A stretch of 64,000 bases of DNA. It comes from Protoeuglena noctilucae (lineage: Eukaryota). The notes below the pieces were generated by a model. That model saw nothing but the letters and a program-made list of their open reading frames with translations, ran no database searches and was not told the DNA's origin. The stretch lies in the NCBI GenBank assembly GCA_958009085.1, contig OY253675.1:1-64000 (forward strand), read 5' to 3'. Each line of letters begins with the position of its first letter. Position 1 is the stretch's first letter. Shown here piece by piece: positions 38,214 through 50,700 of the stretch. The translations under genes were made by a program, and so were the position numbers.

Positions 38214-41200
38214 CTATGCGGCTGCCTTCTTGCGACCCCTCTTCTCTCCCTTCTCTCTCCGATCCTTCCCACCGCTGCCACCCTTGCGCTTGCCCCCATC
38301 CCTCCCCTCCCCCATCTGCCGCTTGCCCCCATCCCCCCCATCACCCTTCGTCCGTTTGCCCCCATCTTTCCCCTTCCCCCGCCCCTCGCCCCTCTTCCGC
38401 TTTCGCTTCTCCTCCCCCCCTCCCCCGCCCTCCCCCTCCTCTCCCTGCCCATCCACCGCACGCATGTTGGCCTCCACCTGAGAGGGAAGAGAGAGAGCGT
38501 TTACTGAGAGATGATTAGTTTGGTGACATGCGACCAGCCACAGCAGGCAATCGGCTATAGACAATAAGCGACAGCATCCAATCAGCAACACGCAATCAGT
38601 GACAGCAGGCTGTCCGCCATACAGTGACACCCCACCCATCTCTCCCACCCCATCCCCTCACCAGCTCCGCCCAGTCCTCTGCCGCAGCCAGGGCCGCAAA
38701 GGGACTCCCCTTCTTACCACCACCACCGCCACCACCACCACCACCACCACCACCACCACCGCCCACATCGCCATCGCTCCCCTCCCCATCCTCGCCGTCA
38801 CTGCCGCCACCCTCAATGCGGATCATCGACGGCATGGGCGCATCGTCATCAATATCGATATCATCAATATCGTTATCGTTATCATCGGATGCCAGGGTCC
38901 CATTGGCCCCGTCTGCTGCGGGGGGGAGGGCGATGCGGAAATTGGTTACAGCATGCGGTGGCGATTGAGGGTGGGAGTGGGTGCGTGCGCATGGGGCTCG
39001 CAGATGCAACCATGCTACTTAGAACAGCGACCACGCTATCTAACAAGCAGACAGCATAGTAAGCATCAGAGCCAACTACTGCGTACCAAAGCTGCAGCCA
39101 TGTCTCCCCCACTCACCACCGCCCCTCTTTCTCGTCGCTTTGCCCCTCTTCTCCTTCCCCCCATCCCCCCCCACCTCCACCCCCTCCGCCATCACCCACT
39201 CCCCCTCACTCCCGCTCCCGCTGTCCCCGTCATCGTTCAGACCCTCCAGCTCCCCATCCCCCTCCACATCCTCACTCCCACTCGACCACTCCTCCTGAAC
39301 AGGCAACGGGTCATGAAACGGGATGTGTGAGTGTACGGTGTGGGTGGATGTGTATTTCTCGGTATGCAGCAGCTGCAGCAACGCGGCGAAACCACGCATC
39401 AACCCACATCAGACCATTGCCACTCCTGTTCCATACAACAAACTCTCACTTCTCCCCCTCGCCCCATACCCCCACTCCCCCCCTCACCCTCTCCATCACC
39501 CACTGTCCCAAGCCCACACACCCACACCCCCACACCCCTCCCTCCCTCACCTCCTCCCCCGCCCCCATCCCCTCGTGCTCCTCCTCCCTGGCAAGGAACG
39601 CATCCTCATCTTCCGAATCGCTGCCGGCTGCCGCCCGTCTTTTAACCTCCTGAGCTGCCGCGTGCCTGGCCTTCACGCGGTCCAGGTGATAGTACCTGGG
39701 GGGTGGTGAGGGAGGTGTTGATGACCATATAATAATATCATTGATATAGCCATGCATAATTATCATGATATAAATTTTCTTAAACACAAATTAAACCATC
39801 CCGCATACTTGTGGAAGTAGGGAACCGATGACAACGCCAACTAGTATGACCAATGACCAATACCAATACCAACACCAATAACACTTCATCTCACATATAT
39901 AAAACCCCATTCCAACTCTCGCCTGTGGAAGTAGAGGTCCTCGGGCGCGACGTCCGCCTCGGCCAGCGCGGCGAACACGCGCCCCACCGCCTGGCCCTTA
40001 GAGGCATTGCCTGCCCTCGATGCGAATGGGAGGGATGCGGCGGGTGCGGATGCCTTCGATTTGGATTTGGGTTTCTTTTTTGCGATCTTGTCGAGGAAGG
40101 CGGTCAACGTGAAGTCGCGGAGGGGGTCGCCCGCGTACACCACCTGGGGGGAGGAGAGGGGGCTATGAGTGGGGTATGGGTGGGTATGAGTGCATTGCAA
40201 TAAGTGCTTTACGGTAAGCACTGCCACCTCCGTGCACTTGGCCAACAACCCCACCCATCTCTACCCCTCGCCTGTTGCCCGGCCAGCACCAGCCACACCA
40301 TGCAGACACATGAAAACCCCACTCCGCAATTCACTATCAACAACCAACTCCACCACTCCCACTCCTATGACTCGCCTGTTGCCCCGCCAGCAGCGTGCGC
40401 GCCATGGCGGCCACGGATGGGTGCGTGTGCGATGCCAGCAGGCTCAGCTCCCAGGCGCAGCTGCGGTCCGCATTCGCATACCGGGGGTCCCTCTTTCGCA
40501 TGTCATAACCACCCTTCCTCGGCCACTGCCCGCGGCGCAAGGTGACGGCGGCAGCCGCACCACCGCTACTATCCGCGCTGGCACTCACGCCCGCACCCGC
40601 ACCCCCCCTCTCTGCCGCTCCGTCACCGTTTGCAGCATCCACAGTGTCCGTGTCATCTGTGTCACTGTCATTCACTCCATCCTCCCCATCGCTGCCCTCT
40701 CCCTTCTCAGTGTCGTCGCCATTGCTCTTGTCAACGCTGATGCGCTTGTTGCTTTTTGCACCACCACCATTACCCTTACCACCACCACCCCGCTTGCTCT
40801 TGCTCTTCCCACCATCTCCATCCCCATCCTCATCATCGCTCCCCCCATCATCCACATCCCTCACATCCTCCACCCCATCGTCATCGCTCCCCCCATCATC
40901 AATATCTCTCACATCCTCCACCTCGTCATCCATCCCCGCCTGCGTGCTGCTCGCCATTCCCCACAGCGCAGGCTTAGCCCGGAACAGCTCGCTGACCAGC
41001 AGCAGCGACCCGGCCGCAAACGCGGGGGGGGATGTTGATGCGACTTGCAGAAGGCGCTTGGCAAAGGCAGCCACGCGGGGGACTGGGAGGGTGGGGGAGA
41101 GAGGTTGCTGTGAGTAAGTGAGTGAGTTAGGGGAAGAGCAGAGTGGGTAACAGAGTGGGGTTGGCAAAGGCAGCCACGCGGGGGACTGGGGGGGTGGGGG

Positions 41201-44200
41201 GGGGGGAGAGAGAGAGTGGGCGTGGGAGTGAGTGAGGGAGTGAGTGAGGGAGTGAGTGAGTGAGTGACAAGAGAGAGAGAGAGAGAGTGAGTGAGTGTGG
41301 GAGGGAGTGAGTGAGTGAGTGAGTGAGGGAGTGAGGGAGGGAGAGGGAGTGAGTGAGTGAGGGAGAAAGTGAGGGAGGGAGAGGGGAAGGGGGGGTACAG
41401 CGTGAGGTTGGCAAAGGCAGCCACGCCGTCCCTCAGTGCCCAATGATAGTCAACTAGACAATGCAATTATCAACTATCCGCCCATCTATCGCCCCATCAC
41501 CATCTCACCCGACCCGTCATCCCTCAGCGCCCTGAACACCACCTCTTCTCTACTGTCATCACCTCTATCAATCACATTCCCATGTAACATACCCATGTAA
41601 CCCATGTCTCACCCGACACGTCGTCCTTGAGCGCCTTGAACACCAGCGCCAGGAACGCCGCCACCTTCTGCGACCCCGCGAGCCCCGGGGCCAAAAGGGT
41701 GCCGTACGCCGCTCGGAAGAATCGATCGTCGACCGCCGCCCTCGCAGCCGTAACGTGGTACAGCAGCGCCAGAGCCTGCACCGCCACCCCCAGCGATGGG
41801 GCGTGCGCCATGCGGTAGAGCGCGGGGGCGTGCGTTTCGATGAGCGGCTCGATGTCGGTGGGTGGGACGAAGGGGAACGCCCGGTTGACGCCCGTGAGTA
41901 GGGCCGAGAGGAGGCGGGCGTCCAGCTCACTCGAGGACTGGGGGAAGAGGGGTGGGAGGTGGTTGTTGATAGGAGAAGTGGTGTTAATATAGGGAGTGGT
42001 GTCCAGCTCTCTCGAGGACTGGGAGGGGTGGTTGGTTGTTTGATAGGGGGAGTGGTGTCGAGCTGACGTGGTGGCGCGGGGGTGAAGTTGGAGGTGGGGG
42101 CATTGTTGCAAAGCATTTCAGCATTATAGCCATGCATTCTTTGTGCTATCGCCACCAACACTCCCACCATCACCCCCACTCACCGCCGCTGCGTCCCTCC
42201 CCTCTTCTTCCTTCAACGCTCTCTTCGCCTCTGCCCCCTTCCTCCCCTTCTTCAACGCCGCCTCCTCCTTTTGTTTTTTCCTGTCTGCCGCGTGGCCCAC
42301 CGTGCCCTCGACAAGCATCTTGAACAACGCAAAGTAACAGTCGATCAACCGGTGGGCCAGCGAGGGGCCCTGGGGGGGGGGGAGAGTGGGTGGAGTGGAG
42401 GGGTGGGAAGGTGATGGAATGGGAGGGAGTGAGGGAGGGCTGACTATCTCGATCAGACCAGTCATGTTCACATACAGAATGACAAGCACGTTGTACCACC
42501 CCCTCTCACCTCCCCCTCCTTCTCCTTCTCCCTCTCCAGCACCATCTGGCTGAGGAACACGACCGCGTAGTACCTGGCGCGGTCCTGCAGGTTGCGCCTA
42601 AACAAGAAGCGCTCCACCTCCCGCACCACGACCGCCTTCATGCGTGGGTGCTCGGTCAGCAGGCATTGCAGGAAGTAAGCAGCACGGGAAGCAACCTTGC
42701 GCACTGGGGGGTGGGAGGGGTGGGGTGGGGGGATTGGGGGTGAGCAGGGCACGGGATGATGCGGCATTGCGCTCACCGATCAGTCACTACCAATCACACA
42801 CATTACTCTCACATACATCCACAACCCCATCTCCCCTCACCCGGATCTCCCAGCTTGTTGACCACCATGGCCAGCACCCTGGCCTCCCCCTCCGGTTTGG
42901 TCGACAGCAGCTCGTATGCCGCACGCAGCGCCCTCTCCCTCACATACTCCAGGTTGTCCATCAAACAAGCATCCAGTGCGGACAGGAAGGCGTAGAAGCG
43001 GGAGCGGAGGGAGTCCTCGAATGCCCAGTAGAGACACAGGCGGTCGCCGTCCTTGCCGGGAGGGAGAAGGGCTGGGGGGGGTGGGGGTGGGGGTAGCGGT
43101 GAGGGTGGCAGTGGGGGTGGCAGTGAAGGTGGCAGTGAAGGTGGCAGTTACGGTACATGCTCAGGTGCAAGGCACAACCATCATCCCACCCAAAAGAGAG
43201 CACTGCACACGACACCCATACTACCCAGCCGTCCCCCTCAGCTCCTCAGCGCCATGACCACAGTAGTAACATTACCATACTAACATACCCATAGCACATC
43301 TCTCACATAGGTCTCTCTGCTCCAGCGTCGTCAGCCTCCGGTCCGGCAGAAGCACGGACTTGAAGAGCTCCCGCAGCGCATCAATCGACTGGCCGACCAC
43401 CGCGCGGCCGCCCTTGGACTTGGCTACCCACGAAATCAGCTCGTCCAACGCGCGAAGATTCGCGATCGCGCGCTCCTGGACCACAAGGGCCGACGCCGCG
43501 AGGCGGTCGCGGGTTGTCCCTGCCTTGCGCACCGCCACCAGCCACCGCGCGTCGGACGGGTTCGTGCGCCACATGGAACGCTCGAACGCGCGCGCCTCGT
43601 TCGTAAGCAAACGCTCGCCGCGCTCCCGCGCAGCAGCGACCGCCTCCGCGGGCGCGGGGGACCCCGGAGACGTGGACGCGGCGACGCCCGCCGCGGACTC
43701 CGCCGCGCGCGCCGCCTCGAACCAGCTCGCCGGCTCGTCGCGGGGGAGGATTGATTTCGCCTTCGGGAGGTCCGCGGGAGGCCCGGAGGTGCCTCCCTCG
43801 GCGTCCCCAGCACCGCCCGCCAGCAGGGAGCCCCCCTGCGCGCCGGGGCGCTGGCCCACGGACTCTCTCCAGCCCCGGGACCGTATGGGATCCAGAGACT
43901 TGCGATCAGACCCGTTGCCGGCGTCCTGCGGGCGCGAGAACGCGCGGGGCGGAAGGCCGTGAACAAGGGCGGCTTTAAAGAGCTCCTCTAGAGCGTCGCC
44001 GCGGTATGAAAGCGAAATGCACGTACCAAGACGAGCGCATACAGTAATAGAATCTGCGCAAGCAAGAACCGCGCGCGTCCGCGCAGTTCGCGGGTCGCAA
44101 GGCCGCCGACTGCGCCGACGCGTGATGCGGGCCCCGGCGCGGCGGTCGCCTCGCGCAGAGCGCCGCCATCGCTTCCACCGCACCTTACTCCATCTCCCGC

Positions 44201-44492
44201 CCTCGCGATCGCCACCCCGGCCTCGTCCCCTGCCTCCCCGGCCCCCAAACCCGCCCCTGCCCCTCCCCCCAACCTGCCCCCTCCCCCGCCCCTCGCCGCG
44301 CCCCGCCCCGCGCCCTCCCGACGCGCCCCTCCCGCCACGCTCCCCCTCCCCGCCTCGCTTCCGCCCCGCCCCGGGCGCGAAATCGCTGAACTCGTGCCCC
44401 GCCCCGGACGGCCCCCCCAAACCCAGCTCCCGCGTCATCCGCGCCACCTCCGCCGACAGCGCGGCGGTGTCGAGACTCTTTTCGCCTTTCAT
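38214..44492 (-). CDS. NOC1: NOC1/MAK21/CEBPZ ribosome biogenesis protein (CBF domain), multi-exon
   Basis: GTTRDRLAA, HPRMKAVVVREVE, RARYYAVVFLSQ, RLLSALLTGVNRAFPF, PRVAAFAKRLLQ, YDMRKRDPRYANA...WEL...HTHPSV, YAGDPLRDFTLTAFLDK, SPFAALAAAEDW; basic C-terminal tail. Confidence 0.92.
41227..41365. repeat. Intronic (GAGT)n/(GA)n microsatellite
   Basis: Degenerate GAGT/GAGG tandem run in a NOC1 intron. Confidence 0.85.
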
Positions 44493-44796
44493 GTTTACGC
44501 AATACTACCTACGAACGCCGGGACGCGGCAACGGTGGTTTGGGGGCTTCACGCCTGCCCCCTTCTCTTTGCGACGCGTCACCAGTCGCGCGCCGCCCTTT
44601 CCGCGGCCGGGTTGCGCGCGCGGCCGCAGCTTTTCTGCACGCCCATCGTTGGCGCTTGCCGCACAGCGTTCTCGTCGCTGTGAGTGCCAGTCTCAGTCGT
44701 TTCACTTCAACGCCGGCCGGCCTCCCCAACCCTCCAACACAATCCCGCATCCCTCCCCATCTACAAGATGCGATCTGCGATCTTTTCCAGTATTCC

Positions 44797-47700
44797 TCAC
44801 GCGCCGTGCACAATCAGGTCAAGACCGGTGGCCTCAGCCCCGATCCGCGCCACCCCCCCCACGGGCGACGGCTGCCCCTTGCATGAGGGCTGGAACTTGG
44901 CCCCCGACAGCGGGCACTGCACGAAAGGCGCTCCCCGGTAGATGGGCGTGTAGGTGAGGCAGCACACGTCAAAGGGCGTGCGTGGGTCGTAGTCCAGCTC
45001 GATGTCGTCCTTGAGGCCCGCCTTGTCGCACGCCAGGAGCACCTGCTTGGCCTGGGGGGGGGATGGGGAGGGGTGGGGTGAGGGGGAGGAGAGGTGGGTT
45101 GGGATGGAGAGGGACCTACCTTCACATCACCACCACACATGCACCCCACCCCACTACACATACCCACACCCCCCATCTCCCTCACCTGCACCGCAAACTT
45201 GTCCCCCGGCCCCAAGTCGACCAGCCTCCTGGCCATGTGCGAGGCCGTGCCGTAGCACTTCATCTTGAAGAGCACCGTCATGGCCGCGCGCAGGGAGAGG
45301 GCCTCGTGCACGGGCGCCATGCCGCAGTGGGTGAAGTAGCACGACAGCTCAGCCGAGCGCTTGGGGTCCTTGTCAGAGACCTCCTTGCGCTTCAGCTCCA
45401 CTCTGGATAAAATGGGGAGAGGGTGTGTGAGTGTGCGTTACCACCACTCCACTCTAAACCCACACACCCCCCCACACATACACCCACCCACACACACATC
45501 TCTCACCTCATGGCCACCACGTAGTCCCTGCACGTCCTCATCGCGTCGTGGATCTCCGCCATCTCCCCCGCATCCTTGGCCGCCAGCATCGTGCACGCGA
45601 GCAGACACCCGTTGAACGCGCGGAGAGCATCCGTGAACCGACCGGCCGTCACCATGCCCTGCGCCTCGGCGATGCGCGCCACGATTGCCGTGAGGGAGTA
45701 GGCGGGGCGGGGGCCGGCGGGCGGCTGCGTCTCGGCTGCGTCGGACCAGTCCCGGTCGATAGCCAAAGCGAAGGGCGGCAGGCCGGGGAGCGTGGCGGCC
45801 ACCGCGTGCGACGCAGCAACAACGTCCAGGAACAGCTGCTTGTAGGGAGCGAAGTGGGATACCCCACATTGCCGGTGCAGCACGCGCATGGCCGAGGCGG
45901 GGTCGTTAGCAGCCACGTGCTCGCAGGGGGTGCGGGCGGTCTGCCCCCAGCGCCGGGAGTGGGGCACGCCGGGTGCGGGGGGGATGAAGGCCTGTGCGGC
46001 CATGGCGGCGGTGGGGAGGGCCTGCGTGTCGTCTGCCTCGTGGCCGCCCAGGTCCAAAGCGCCCAGGTCCAGGTCGTCATCGCCCCAGGCGCCTGGGGGG
46101 GATGGGGTTGGGGGGCTGAGTGCTGGGGTGTAGGTGGGGGTGGCAGTGGGGGTGGCAGTGAGGGTGGCGGTGGGGGCAGCAGTGGGGGTAGCAGTGCGGG
46201 TGATAGTAACAATAATAAGGCGAGAGGGGTGGTGCTCACAATAGGCAGTCGCAACCCCATCACAGGCAGTCCTGCTACCAACCACCGCATCCCCCCCTCC
46301 CTCACCTCCCTCCAGCGCCCTCTCCACCTCCCCCATCCCCGCCCCCGCATCCCCGCCCCTCGACGCCGTGGTGTCTGACGCCGCAACGCCAGTGCCGGTG
46401 CCAGTGCCGGTGCCAGTGTCGAGGTCCTCCTCCCCGCCCCACGCGTCCGCCCCCTCCCCCGGCCCCTCCATCACCACCCCCGCATTCACGGGACGGGAGC
46501 CGGGGACCTGGTCGAACATGCCGCGCTGTGGGGAGGGAGAAGGCGTGACTGGTGAGTGGAGATGTGTGTGTGTTTATGACAGACCTGGTTGAGCGCGCCA
46601 CGCTGCATTGAGGAAAGTCATGAATGAGGGAGAGTGAGCCATCGCATCCCACCCACCCCACCCCATGCCACACCCCCATCCCTCCCCTCCGCACACCCTC
46701 ACACCCACCACCGCATCCCCACCCCATCACCCCGCATCCCCCAACCCCACACCCCCCCCTTATCCGCCAATCACCTTCGCCGCCGCGGACGGCCACGGCG
46801 CCCCGTCCGCTTTGACCGGGGCGGGCGGCCACAGCAGCGCCGCCCCTTCCACACCCCTGGGCAGTCGCACGTCGCCCCCCGCCCCCTCCCCCCCGTCCAC
46901 CCCCTTGCCGCCCTCCGCCCGCAGCTCCTGCGCCAGCACTGCCTCCTCGTCCCCCATGCCGTGCGTGTGGGCGGTGAGGTACGCCAGCTGCAGCTGCCCC
47001 GCCTCCCGCAGGACGCGCACGCGGTCCATGGCGTCGCCCAGGTAACAGGCGCAGTGGAAGCGGGAGAGGGGGTCGTTCCTGGGAATGGGAGGTGGAGTGG
47101 GGTGAGGTGAGAGGGTGTGTATGGTGGCATGGTTAGTGGGTGTTGTTTGTTGTTATGAGGTCTCATGTGACGGGCGCGGTGGAAGCGGGAGTGGGCGTTG
47201 CCTTTGCCTTTGCCTGCATCCATCCACACCCCCCATCTCCCTCACCTCCTCCACAGCTCTTTCACCATCCCTATCACCATCACCATCGCCACTGACCTCA
47301 CTCATCATATGTAATATTATCCACCACTCACCTCAGCTCCGCCATCTTCCGCATCTCCCCCACACCACCATCACCAACACTATCACTACCCCACTCAACA
47401 TCACTACCCCAAGCACTATCACCATCACCATCCCCCACTCGCCTCAGCTCCGCCATCTTCCTCATCTTCTCCAGCTTCCCCCTCTCCCCCGTCAGCACAT
47501 ACAGGAACGCCAGCCGGTCGTAGTCCTTGGTCTTCTGGCACGCGTACTCCACCACCTGGGAGATGGGGGGAAAGATGTTGTTATAGAGAGATAGTGAGAG
47601 TTTTTGGTCTTCTGGCACGCGTACTCCACCACCTGGATGAGAGATGAGGGGAGGGGAGGGGCACTGAAGGAGAGATGAAAGTTGTTGAGAAGGGTCGGCG

Positions 47701-50700
47701 GAGCACGTTTGGATAGATACTCAACACACTTGCAATCCACGGCATCACCACCACCGCAGACCACCACCACTACCCCTCCATCACTCCACCACCCCTCACC
47801 TGCAAGTGCCCCAGCCGCAGCGCTTGTTGTCCCACTCTCACTACCGCTCTCACCACCACCACCACCACCACCCCTCTCTCTATAAATCAAATCCATCGAT
47901 CTCCCCTCACCTGCAAGTGCCCCAGCCTCAGCGCTTGTTGTCCCAGCTCCCTCCACGTCGCCGCGTCGTCCATCTCCTGCGCCGCCTCCAGCGCCGCCTC
48001 GACGTTGCCAGAACCCAGCGCCAGGGTGAAGCGGCGCCTGGGATGGGATAAAGGGGGTGGTGGTGGTGGTTGGGGGTGTGGTGGGGTCGAGCAGTGGCTG
48101 GGGTGAAGTCATACCAACAATGACGAATACAAATACTGTTTCCTAATTAGCACATTGCTTCTCCTTCACCTGGGGTCCTTGACCATGTGCATGGCCACTT
48201 CCGGGAACCCCTTCGCCTGCAGGTACGCCACCATGGCATCCCCCACCAATGCCCCCGACTGGATCATCGCCAGCACCTGGGGATACTCTTTTCGCATCAA
48301 ATGCAGCTTGAAGGCGAACTCGGAGGCGTTGACGGTCAGGTGCAGCACGCGGCCCTCGCGGTCCAGGGCCGTGACCTAAAGGGGGTGAGGGGTGCGGTGA
48401 GGGTGAGGGGTGCGGTGAGGTGAGGGGTGGGAAAGGGAGGTGATGGTGTGTGCGTGACGGAGATCACTATCGCAGCAACCTGCAACACCACACTCACATC
48501 CCCAACCACACCACGCTCACTCTAACCACTCCCACTCCACCCCTCACCTGCCCCCCCTGCACCGACACCAGGTAGAGCGGCAATCTACCACTCCCACTAC
48601 CCACCCCTCACCTGCCCCCCCTGCACCGACACCAGGTAGAGCGGCGCGTCGAGCGTGCGCACGATGCCGCTGTCGCCATTGGGCAGGCAGTACTTCATGT
48701 GGTTGAGCGTGGTGTACAGCAGAGCACCGGACGCGTCGAATGCGGCCGACTTGACGCGGATGGTTTCGTGGACGGTGACGGACGACTTGAGCTTGCGGTC
48801 GGCGATCACCACCGCGTGCTTGGACAGCAGCGCCACCAGCGACATGTCGGGGGACCAGACCACGTACTTGACCTGAGAAGGGGAGGTGGGGAGATGGGGA
48901 GAGGTGAGTAACTGTGTATGTGTTTGTGTTTCGTCACTCCCTCTCAACCATCTCACCTGCGCCGCCGCCACCTCCCCCACCACCGCCCGCGTCTGCAGGT
49001 CGAGCATCGCCACCCGGTCCTCGCCCCTCAGCAGCACCGCCCCCGTCCCCGCGTAAAAGATCGAATCGGGCGCCAACCCCGCCGGCACCGCCACCTTCTT
49101 CGTAACCTCGTTCAGCAGGTTCTTGATCAGCAGCGCGTTCTGGGTTCGATCCAGCACGGCAAAGCGGTTGCGCGCCACGAAGGCCGCCCCGCTGCCCGTG
49201 CCCCGCCGGGCCTCCACCGACGCCTCACCCTTGGTCCCGGCGTCGCGGGGGATCACTGGGGGGAGTGGCAGGGGGAGTGGGGGGGTAGTGAGGGTAGCAG
49301 TGAGGGTGGCAGTCGAGGTGGCAACAGTGGGGTTGGTAGTAGGGGTGCTAGTCGGCTTGACAGTAAGGGCGGCACTTCTTGTGCAGTTCGTACAACCCCA
49401 TCGCTACACCCCACCCCTCCTTCCCCCTCCTCTCCCCCCCTCACTGTACAGCTCGTACGACCCCCTATTACTGCTTCCCATCTCATCACCACCCTTCCCC
49501 CCCCCCCCCCTCACCGTACAGCTCGTACGACCCCCCCTCGGCGGTGCTGGTGAGCAGGACGGCGTTCTCGGCTGGGTTATACCCCAAATGCCGGGGTGCC
49601 GCGTTGAGCGTCGACCCCGAGGGCCGCTTGAGGGCCAGCAAGGGAGTGGACCTCCTTGAAGCCAGGTCGTACAGCCGCAGGTATCGATCCTTTACGTAGA
49701 AGAGCTTCGATCCGTGCAGGGAGTGCGCGGGCCTCTCCCGTTCGAGTTTGAACACGATGATGCCGCTGTCGTGGCCGGCGGCCAGCAGGTTGATCTCCGG
49801 GTGGGCGGCGAGGATCCAGAAGCGGTCATGCTCGCGGCTGCGATGGGGGGGAGGGTGTGTGTGTGTGAGTGAGTGAGTGTGTGTGTGTGAGTGGGGTGGT
49901 GGTGAGTGAGATGCAGAAGCGGTCGTGCTTGCGGCTGCGATAGGTGGGGGGTGGGGTGTGTGCGTGAGTGGCAGTGGGGGTGGTGAAGGTAGTGTTGAGT
50001 GGGTACGGGTAGAAGAGCTCATCACCCGACCCCCCCCCCCCTTCGTCACTCTCACCGCTAACCCACACACAGTCACCCCCACTCTCTCCCTCACCGGAAC
50101 GTCTGCACCCCCGTGCGCTTGGACATGTCCCAGACGCGCACGGTGCGGTCCTCCGAGTTGGACACGATCAAATCCTGCTTGGCGTGGAACATGACGCAGG
50201 AGACGTTGTTGGTGTGGCCGCGCAGCGTGTCCACCTCCCAGGCCTTGCTCTCGTTCATGCGCCACAGCTTGACCTGGGGGGGGGATGGGGGATGGGTGTA
50301 TGGGACCCGGGCAGGGTTGGATGAACGGGGATGGCGGCTGTGCACATGCTAAACAGTGATCATGTTTGTCACATCATCATTGCTGCCGATACCTTCTCAT
50401 TGCACGCCCCCTCACCAGCAGTCAACACCCCTTCTCTCCCATCATCCCTCACCTGCCTGTCGTCCGCCCCCGACACCAGCAGCGGCAGCGAGGGGTGGAA
50501 GTGCACCCAGTTGACCCCCCTCTCGTGTCCTTCAAGCACGTACTTGACCATCGCCTCGGAGCTGCCAAAGAGGTCCGCGCCCATCGAGGGCAGGCCGGGG
50601 AAGGGGCGGTCCTCGCTGTGAAGGGGGGAGGGGATGAAGGGGGGTGAACAGATCGGGAGTGGGGGGCGGGGTCAGGGTATCATCCACATCGACACCCACA

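Noticed and set aside
47527..47945. Intron origin by simple tandem duplication of an AG|GT exon segment
   Set aside because: That model puts downstream-exon sequence at the intron 5' end and upstream-exon sequence at the 3' end; the observed echoes are arranged the other way.
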